From: Candidatus Thorarchaeota archaeon
GTDB lineage: Archaea; Asgardarchaeota; Thorarchaeia; Thorarchaeales; Thorarchaeaceae
Assembly: GCA_003345555.1 (NCBI GenBank)
Contig: PRDJ01000013.1
Location: 1-13,686, forward strand
DNA: 13,686 nucleotides
Direction: 5' to 3'
Positions 8,178 through 13,686 of this stretch are shown in pieces. A program made the position numbers and the translations under genes. The notes beneath the pieces are model-generated. The model was not told the DNA's origin. It worked only from the letters and a program-made list of their open reading frames with translations, and did no database searches. The stretch's first letter is position 1. Each line of letters starts with the position of its first letter.

Positions 8178-8381
8178 TTAGGGAGGTCGTGCGTCTGCCA
8201 TCGCTTTGGAGGCGGGCTTACCCCCGACACCCCAGTGGGTCTTTGGAATCTCATGAATAATGACTTCGACAGCTCGCTCAGGGATTCCTAGCTCAACAAA
8301 GACCTTGGTGATCCCCGAGATGATTCGCTCTGCAGCCTCATCCGACAGGCCTTTCCACATCTTGACGTCAACACTTGGCAT
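8178..8381 (-). CDS. 4-oxalocrotonate tautomerase family protein
   Basis: MPSVDVKMW (Pro-1 after Met removal), VEVIIHEIPKTHWGVGG; 67 aa from ATG 8381 (ORF-track extension to 8432 unlikely). Confidence 0.92.
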   Translation of the reverse strand: MPSVDVKMWKGLSDEAAERIISGITKVFVELGIPERAVEVIIHEIPKTHWGVGGKPASKAMADARPP

Positions 8382-8608
8382 ATGTTGACCTTGGACTACA
8401 GCTATTAAATGGCTCTGACAGACTCGTCCCACGGTAATGTCGGAGTGGATGTGCCTCTATTGGCACGCTTATATGGGAATTCGCGGGACCTCTAAGGATA
8501 CGTCTGAGTTCCTGGCGGCAGCGGAAGTTGAGAGAAGACTCTCTACCGAGCCAAGTCGGGACTCACGCCAATTAGACAGAAGAAACGAGTCGAAAGGAAG
8601 TGACCGTA

Positions 8609-9040
8609 ATGAGTAATCAGATACAGAGACCGCGCGAAGCCTACATTATCTCCATCCTGAGCGGAATAGTCATACTCATCGGAGGTGTGCTCTGGATCGC
8701 GCTGGCGGGAGTGGCATGGCCGCAGGGCTGGTTTGATTGGTTTGGTGGGTATATGCACGGCTTTGAGGACCACATGTTCTTCTGGTTCTCCGGCAGCTTC
8801 GATTATGCGATAGGTCTGGTAGGATTGGTTTCAGGTGTTGGCATCATACTAGCGTCCACCATGCTCATCAGGCGACCTAGCGAACACGGTGCCTGGGGTC
8901 TTGTGATAATAGTCCTCTCAATCATCGGCATGATGGCTGGAATGGTGATCGGGCTCCTCCTAGGAATCATAGGTGGTATTCTCGCCATCTTGTGGCAGCC
9001 TCCAACACCGGTCTCGGCCGGGGCGGTTCAGCAGGCATGA
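8609..9040 (+). CDS. Small multi-pass membrane protein (DUF6114-like)
   Basis: Gly-rich TM helices such as LSILSGIVILIGG, GLVGLVSGVGIILA and GLLLGIIGGILAILWQP; ATG 8609 or GTG 8600. Confidence 0.75.
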   Translation: MSNQIQRPREAYIISILSGIVILIGGVLWIALAGVAWPQGWFDWFGGYMHGFEDHMFFWFSGSFDYAIGLVGLVSGVGIILASTMLIRRPSEHGAWGLVIIVLSIIGMMAGMVIGLLLGIIGGILAILWQPPTPVSAGAVQQA

Positions 9041-9316
9041 AGCATGAACTCGTGTCTGGTCCCATGACTCTCTGAGTCTGCATACGGTCTGCGTACTTAC
9101 CGTGCAGAAGAGCCAGAAGCTCACCGCGTCATAACACACAGCGAACGCGGGGCGACCCGAAACATGTACCAGTTCGTGAACAGTATCATGATTAGAGAGT
9201 TTCATGGGATACAGACAACGTGGTCCGATTGAGGGAGCAGGAGTTGCCTATGCCCCGCAGGTCTAGGTTAGCATCACACTTGGAACACGCCACAGACGTT
9301 GTTCAGGAGTGAAACG

Positions 9317-9354
9317 CCCTGAGACCGGTCGTTCAAATCGAGCCCCCGCTACCA
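9317..9354 (+). repeat. tRNA-iMet 3'-half fragment, copy 5 (closest to consensus)
   Basis: CCCTG AGACC GGTCG TTCAAAT CGAGC CCCCGCT A CCA; preceded by GAGTGAAACG, followed by pyrimidine tract. Confidence 0.92.
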
Positions 9355-9492
9355 CTTCACTTATTCTCTGGAATCACAGGGACAGACTTGGCTGTACGGG
9401 AAATGTCGCTCGGCATTCCTGTGATTGATTGGATGTCCCGAATTCGATGAAACCTATGAGGATGTTGAGCCGCCTCCCAGAAACGACTTCGA

Positions 9493-9960
9493 TCATGAGC
9501 CAGCGTGTCTGTTTGAGCGACTACGCGCCTCAAAGCGACTCAGATTGGAGAGCACTCTTCTCAGATAGTCTTCGAAGACATCAATCTCGGCTGACGTGAA
9601 GCCAGAATATGTAATCCTTGTCATCTCATCTGAGACCTTCGTATACCTCTCGAACATCCTTTTCGTCTTGTCTGTGAGCCGGACATTGGTAACTCGTCTG
9701 TCCAGATCTGAAGCAACGCGGTCTAAGTGTCCAGAGGATTCAAGCACGTCCAGCATCTCGGTCAACGTGGATTTACTCAGACCAGTTCTTTCGACGAGTT
9801 CCTTGATGGCCAGTCCGTCTTCTCGCCATAATGTGTAGAGTATACGTCCCTGTCCGGGACGGGTTTCAATGCCATACTCGCTCAGCTTCTTGGCGAATAT
9901 CCTCTTGGCGATATGATGGATTTTTGTGATTAGGAAGCCGCCTTGTGTATGCTTACTCAC
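9493..9960 (-). CDS. MarR family transcriptional regulator
   Basis: GQGRILYTLWREDGLAIKELVERTGLSKSTLTEMLDVLESSGHLDR...DRRVTNVRLTDK is a MarR wHTH; GTG start at 9960 with GGTGA upstream, overlapping the stop of the upstream gene. Confidence 0.92.
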   Translation of the reverse strand: MSKHTQGGFLITKIHHIAKRIFAKKLSEYGIETRPGQGRILYTLWREDGLAIKELVERTGLSKSTLTEMLDVLESSGHLDRVASDLDRRVTNVRLTDKTKRMFERYTKVSDEMTRITYSGFTSAEIDVFEDYLRRVLSNLSRFEARSRSNRHAGS

Positions 9961-10423
9961 TTCTGTCACCAATGACGAACTTGTAGGTGTGGTCTTGGTT
10001 CCAGCCGCGCCCCAAATGCGGAAACAGGCGAAGGACTGTGTAGTCTGGATCATCGCACCCGGTCGGGTAGTATCGTTCCATTCCTTCTAGCCAGAGTGAC
10101 TTCTTGACCCTCGGATCATCTACTATCTCTATCAGCCCGCTTAGCATAAGCCCACGCGATTCCTCTGGCTTGCAGTAGTATACAGACACGCCGGGGTGAA
10201 CCCTGATGTCTGCAACTTTGGATGAAGATGTGTTCGTAGTGAAGTACAGCATGAAATCCCTCCTGTGGCTCCTGAAGAGGTGTGCGAGCTTGGGAAATTG
10301 GTCTCTGTTTCTCGTGTTGAACATGGCCCTTGTCTGTGGGAAGCCTTCTGCATCTACTGTAGTAAGGTAGGCAGCCTTGGAACTGCCCATTAGTTCAAGC
10401 GCCATCTCTCTTTCTTCTTCCAC
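9953..10423 (-). CDS. Pyridoxamine 5'-phosphate oxidase family (FMN-binding split barrel, general stress protein 26-like)
   Basis: AYLTTVDAEGFPQTRAM, YFTTNTSSSKVADI...P.VSVYY and YYPTGCDDPDYTVL motifs; AGGAG upstream of GTG 10423. Confidence 0.9.
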   Translation of the reverse strand: MEEEREMALELMGSSKAAYLTTVDAEGFPQTRAMFNTRNRDQFPKLAHLFRSHRRDFMLYFTTNTSSSKVADIRVHPGVSVYYCKPEESRGLMLSGLIEIVDDPRVKKSLWLEGMERYYPTGCDDPDYTVLRLFPHLGRGWNQDHTYKFVIGDRSE

Positions 10424-10437
10424 CGAGATTGCTCCTG

Positions 10438-10476
10438 AAATAGTTCGGTATTGGACAGTCCATTTCCGAACTATTT
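10438..10476. promoter_or_regulatory. 39-bp palindrome, probable MarR operator overlapping the PNPOx-marR promoter
   Basis: AAATAGTTCGG-TAT-TGGAC-A-GTCCA-TTT-CCGAACTATTT: perfect 11-bp outer arms and 5-bp inner arms; overlaps minus-strand TATA-like ATAAATA. Confidence 0.75.
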
Positions 10477-10524
10477 ATGTTCTCCGCTCACCGCAACATA
10501 AACATGTGGTCTTGACATCGAAAC

Positions 10525-10561
10525 ACCAGAGATCGGTCGTTCAGATCGACCCCCGCTACTG
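10525..10561 (+). repeat. tRNA-iMet 3'-half fragment, copy 6
   Basis: ACCAG AGATC GGTCG TTCAGAT CGACC CCC-GCT A CTG; perfect T-stem; preceded by GAAAC, followed by TTTCTTGTAG. Confidence 0.85.
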
Positions 10562-10611
10562 TTTCTTGTAGCATCTCGGCAAATCCTCTGAACTGTCTCC
10601 GAGTAGCAGGA

Positions 10612-10899
10612 TTATGTTCTTCCTAGGTCGAGAAACTTCCCATCCATCACACGAGCGATGTACTGGCGCCCTCTCATCACCCACATTATCTGATGACCCT
10701 CTTTTGCCAGTTGAGCCCACCGTGATTCCTTGTTGGGGTTCTGTTCAATGAAAGTCAGCCCTTCTATCTCAACCGACCTCAGCTTGCTCTTTGAGGTCTT
10801 CTCGATGAGGTAGGTCGCTCCCTCGACCTCGACGGAATCGCGCCTCTCAAAGATGGCCGCATAAACCTTGAGGGCAGTCTCTCTCAAGTCCTCCGACAT
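10612..10899 (-). CDS. Hypothetical protein (95 aa)
   Basis: Compact ORF with globular composition, GGAG Shine-Dalgarno and TATATA box about 37 nt upstream; no family recognised. Confidence 0.75.
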   Translation of the reverse strand: MSEDLRETALKVYAAIFERRDSVEVEGATYLIEKTSKSKLRSVEIEGLTFIEQNPNKESRWAQLAKEGHQIMWVMRGRQYIARVMDGKFLDLGRT

Positions 10900-10936
10900 C
10901 ACGTGTTTCTCCAGACCCTGATTGAACCCCGAGGCG

Positions 10937-10949
10937 ATATATAGGTTCG
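10937..10949 (-). promoter_or_regulatory. Candidate BRE/TATA promoter (CGAACC-TATATA on minus strand)
   Basis: Minus strand reads CGAACCTATATATCGC upstream of the 10612-10899 gene. Confidence 0.5.
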
Positions 10950-11024
10950 ATGTCTTTGAATCGGAGCACTTATCAGCTTCTACGGGTTTTGTTCTGGCTT
11001 AAGCATCGATTGCAGGGGATTGCT

Positions 11025-11396
11025 GTGAGAGCTTCTAGGAAAGTGTTCAGAACAATAGATGAGTACATTGTTACTTTTCCTAGGAATGTCCAGGTCATCT
11101 TGAAAGAACTGAGGCGAACCATCAGGGATTCGGCGCCTGAAGCAGAAGAGGCGATTACATATGGAATGCCTGCTTTCAAATTGAACGGGAACTTGGTTTT
11201 CTTTGCAGCCTTCAAGAATCATATCGGGTTCTATCCTACTCCGTCAGCTATTGAGGCATTCAAAGAGGAATTGTCTGATTATGAAGTAAGCAAGGGTACA
11301 ATCAGATTCCCTATGAATAGGCCGGTCCCATTAGACTTGGTAAGGAGAATTGTGGCATATAGAGTCAAGGAAAACCAGGACAGAAAGAAACGCTAA
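11025..11396 (+). CDS. YdhG/DUF1801 family protein (iron-chaperone-like)
   Basis: IDEYI...LKELRRTIRDSAPEAEEAITYGMPAFK..GNLVFFAAFKNHIGFYP...SKGTIRFP; probable GTG start at 11025 after AGGGGA (ORF track starts at 10950). Confidence 0.92.
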   Translation: MRASRKVFRTIDEYIVTFPRNVQVILKELRRTIRDSAPEAEEAITYGMPAFKLNGNLVFFAAFKNHIGFYPTPSAIEAFKEELSDYEVSKGTIRFPMNRPVPLDLVRRIVAYRVKENQDRKKR

Positions 11397-11507
11397 CCAC
11401 TGTGGCCTATCGAAGTTCGGAGAGTCGACTTGGGAGAGTACATCTCTGTTACTCCCATGACGACGTATAGTGGAATATGATATCACGGGAATCCTGCAGA
11501 CGGGTTT

Positions 11508-11948
11508 TCACCTATCCTTATGTGCCCTTGGTCCGCGCTTGCCTTTCCTAGCAGCTCTGAGCTTCCCAAGTCTTAGCTTGTTCTCATATGGCTTGATGAA
11601 GAAGTTGTAATCGGCATCAGGAATGTCTGCCCCGACCCTCTGTTTTACCTCCTCGTATACAACAAGCCGTTGCCTGAGCTTGTTGCAGAGATAGTCCTCG
11701 CACAACGAACAGTTCTCCAGCTGTTTCGCAATCACGCAAGGCCTCACCGGGCAGCTCTTATCGATTAGGTAGGGATTTTGAGACATGCATCCATCACAGC
11801 GTATCTCTGAGGGCGGCAACCGAAAGCCGAAGTACTTGAACCATCCATCGCTTAGGACCTGCTGGTTAGAGGGATTCCTCTCGATGTTGGGAGCATAAGC
11901 AAGACAAAGATCACAACGATAGCCGCATCTCGTGAGAATCGGTTCCAT
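11508..11948 (-). CDS. DUF3795 domain-containing Cys-rich protein
   Basis: CGYRCDLC ... CDGC ... CPVRPC ... NCSLCEDYLC cysteine pattern. Confidence 0.85.
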   Translation of the reverse strand: MEPILTRCGYRCDLCLAYAPNIERNPSNQQVLSDGWFKYFGFRLPPSEIRCDGCMSQNPYLIDKSCPVRPCVIAKQLENCSLCEDYLCNKLRQRLVVYEEVKQRVGADIPDADYNFFIKPYENKLRLGKLRAARKGKRGPRAHKDR

Positions 11949-12136
11949 GTTCTGTCCAGCCGGCGTTCATTGTTTACTACATTCGCCATTTATGTGTAAT
12001 CTCACGAGCACATTCACTTGGGTCTATTTCGGAAAATTGCATCTTGGGTATCTCGTTCACACCGCATACGCCCTCTAAATCGTACTTGAAAAAGAAAGGA
12101 TATACGCGTCAAGCAGCATAATCAGTTCGACATTAC

Positions 12137-12769
12137 ATGTCAGGTGAATGGACTCAGAAAGAGCTAAAGCGAATCGTCAATAAGTACACCGCTGTTACAA
12201 TTCCAGTTGGCATATCTATTGTTGGGAATAATCGTATTCTGAACATGGACGGCGCGGAGAGCGTACTAAAGGGTGCAAGTATCATCGCCGTAAGTAGATG
12301 TGGATGTCGTGAACGCCTCAAGAAATGTGACAGACCAATTGATGTCTGTATAAGCGTGAATCGAGCAGCTCGAGACGGCATCAGGAAAGGTACTGCAAGG
12401 GAAATCAGCCTACATGAGGCACTTGATGTTCTGAAGCTAACTAATGAGGCGGGACTGGTCCACGTGACCTACACAGTCAAGAACCGCAACGAGCTCAGTG
12501 TGATCTGCAGCTGCTGTGCATGCTGCTGTCATAATCTTGCAGCAATGGCAAGGTTCGGAATGCACGATGCCGTAGTGAAGTCCGACTATGTATCGGTTAA
12601 CAGCCAAGAACTGTGCACAGACTGCGGCATCTGCATTGACCGGTGTCAGTTCGGGGCTCGTCAGCTGCAGGATGGTTCGCTAGTCTATGACGAAACTAGG
12701 TGCTTCGGATGTGGGGTTTGTACCAGCACATGCCCTTCGGGGGCAATATCCCTCAGGAAGAGGGTCTAA
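12137..12769 (+). CDS. 4Fe-4S binding (ferredoxin-domain) protein with N-terminal Cys-rich domain
   Basis: CTDCGICIDRCQFGA and CFGCGVCTSTCPSGA ferredoxin motifs; N-terminal CGCR..C..P..VC and ICSCCACCC. Confidence 0.92.
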   Translation: MSGEWTQKELKRIVNKYTAVTIPVGISIVGNNRILNMDGAESVLKGASIIAVSRCGCRERLKKCDRPIDVCISVNRAARDGIRKGTAREISLHEALDVLKLTNEAGLVHVTYTVKNRNELSVICSCCACCCHNLAAMARFGMHDAVVKSDYVSVNSQELCTDCGICIDRCQFGARQLQDGSLVYDETRCFGCGVCTSTCPSGAISLRKRV

Positions 12770-12801
12770 GGCCGGTCGTCTAAATAGAACGCCCGCTACC
12801 A
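12764..12801 (+). repeat. tRNA-iMet 3'-half fragment, copy 7 (most degenerate)
   Basis: GTCTA AGGCC GGTCG TCTAAAT AGAAC GCCCGCT A CCA; overlaps the ferredoxin stop codon; followed by TTTCCTCTTCC. Confidence 0.75.
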
Positions 12802-12821
12802 TTTCCTCTTCCTGCCCAACT

Positions 12822-12962
12822 GCGGGATATATCCAAATCGAGAAGAAATTCGTCGAACGCAAGCCGCTAACCGTCATCCATCTCACCGAAGCCGGGCGTG
12901 CGGCCTTCCGGATCTACCAGCAGAAGATGAAGCACATGTTTGAGGGTCGAGAAGCGAAGTAG
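12822..12962 (+). pseudogene. 5'-truncated winged-helix transcriptional regulator (HTH_34/ArsR-MarR-like), C-terminal half only
   Basis: AGYIQIEKKFVERKPLTVIHLTEAGRAAFRIYQQKM matches the wing and terminal helix of small wHTH regulators; no start codon or HTH helices between repeat copy 7 and this segment. Confidence 0.72.
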
Positions 12963-13033
12963 CGGTGGAAACATATCTAAGATGATTGCAGGTTAGTGAT
13001 GCGAAGAATGGTATGTTGACGAGGGGACTTGAA

Positions 13034-13686
13034 ATGAAAGAAATGCTCGTTTTGATAATGCTCCTGGTCGTGCCTACTGCTGTTGCTAGTGATGGTTACA
13101 TTGTTGAATCAAATCAACCGAGAATTGCTTTCATCATGCCAACTTTCAGCAACACTGCCTTTGCAGGCAGTTTCTATACGTTCTTTCGTCTTCATGAAAA
13201 CGACAACCAGACCTATATCACAGCAGATTTGCAGTTCCTGAATGTAACGATTCGGCCGGGCTGGTTTTGTAGTGGGGGGATTAGCCGATTCCTGAATGCG
13301 ACTGCAGATATTATGCCACAACTGCTCGAAGGAAACACATACACAATCATTGATGAAAGAGACGTTGATATGGGGGCATTGTTCTCGGATGATGGAAGTC
13401 CAGTCTATGATGTTGTAGTGTGTGGCTTTGTTGAATATGTGACTGCGAGAGAATATGCAGACTACAAGAAGTTCGTTGCTTTGGGCGGCACGCTTGTACT
13501 TAACGACGCTTGCAACTTCCTCGCGGAAGTGGCGTACCATCCATGTGCAAATGGATCGGGTTATCTTAGCTTAGTGAGGGGAAAGGGCTGGGAGTTCAAT
13601 GGCACACATGCGTGGCGGTCTGTATATCATAGATGGCCAGAAGAGAATCGCAACTGGGTGGGAAGTAATTACTGGAAATGGTGGAT
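13034..13686 (+). CDS. Secreted protein, partial (runs off the window); possible N,N-dimethylformamidase beta-subunit-like domain
   Basis: Not in the ORF track because it has no stop. Open frame from ATG 13034 after GAGGGG: MKEMLVLIMLLVVPTAVASDG (signal-peptide-like)...YDVVVCGFVEYVTAREYADYKKFVALGGTLVLNDACNFLAEV; five N-x-S/T sequons. Confidence 0.8.
   Translation, partial: MKEMLVLIMLLVVPTAVASDGYIVESNQPRIAFIMPTFSNTAFAGSFYTFFRLHENDNQTYITADLQFLNVTIRPGWFCSGGISRFLNATADIMPQLLEGNTYTIIDERDVDMGALFSDDGSPVYDVVVCGFVEYVTAREYADYKKFVALGGTLVLNDACNFLAEVAYHPCANGSGYLSLVRGKGWEFNGTHAWRSVYHRWPEENRNWVGSNYWKWW

Larger units (their letters stand above)
107..12801 (+). mobile_element. Candidate tRNA-iMet-fragment-delimited cargo array / genomic island (may extend beyond the window)
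   Basis: Seven co-oriented tRNA 3'-half fragments at gene boundaries, accessory cargo genes, GC heterogeneity and truncated genes; no recombinase gene seen in the window. Confidence 0.55.

Noticed and set aside
9961-10053. N-terminal extension of the MarR ORF to 10053
   Set aside because: It overlaps the PNPOx gene in another frame; GGTGA plus GTG at 9960 gives a normal-sized MarR.
704-10561. Retroelement-style tRNA-iMet primer-binding sites (TGGTAGCGGG on the minus strand) or tRNA-primed cDNA capture
   Set aside because: Only 4 of 7 downstream genes are antisense to the fragment, no reverse transcriptase is present, and the shared pyrimidine tail after CCA fits a genomic-DNA origin better. 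Revisit if the host tRNA gene lacks an encoded CCA.
107-12801. Repeats as a CRISPR array
   Set aside because: Intervals are 0.6-6 kb, contain whole genes, and the repeats are divergent and tRNA-like; no cas genes are present.
107-12801. Repeats as functional tRNA genes
   Set aside because: No copy has a 5' acceptor strand or D-arm upstream, and most have broken T-stems or CCA ends. Trans-spliced half-tRNAs are unlikely given seven divergent copies.
107-12801. Classical integron attC sites
   Set aside because: No RYYYAAC...GTTRRRY boundaries at gene ends; genes are in mixed orientation with their own promoters; no intI is visible.
23-13540. Remaining ORF-track entries (e.g. 23..379, 142..663, 712..942, 5101..5829, 8960..9205, 13109..13540)
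   Set aside because: They are antisense or alternate-frame shadows of better-supported genes or span repeats, and show no recognisable motifs.

Overview
Accessory, island-like region, most likely archaeal. BRE/TATA-like promoters and GGTGA-type Shine-Dalgarno motifs support this. A resemblance to Thorarchaeia/Bathyarchaeia gene content is my inference only. The window holds about 16 short stand-alone cargo genes in mixed orientation, one truncated winged-helix regulator, and one secreted-protein ORF running off the right edge. No integrase or transposase is visible. The main signal is seven degenerate, same-strand copies of a ~38-nt sequence (consensus CCCTG AGACC GGTCG TTCAAAT CGACC CCCCGCT A CCA) at 107, 704, 2030, 8048, 9317, 10525 and 12764. 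This is the 3' half of an initiator tRNA-Met (3' anticodon stem, variable loop, T-arm, acceptor strand, CCA), and one copy keeps the CAT anticodon loop. The fragments sit at gene boundaries and divide the cargo into modules of 1-7 genes. The pattern suggests a tRNA-iMet-anchored accretion or cassette array that uses tRNA fragments rather than attC sites. Supporting traces are a single-gene high-GC module, a regulator gene truncated next to a repeat, and a stranded 62-bp duplicate of a gene start. A 39-bp operator-like palindrome precedes a PNPOx-MarR operon.
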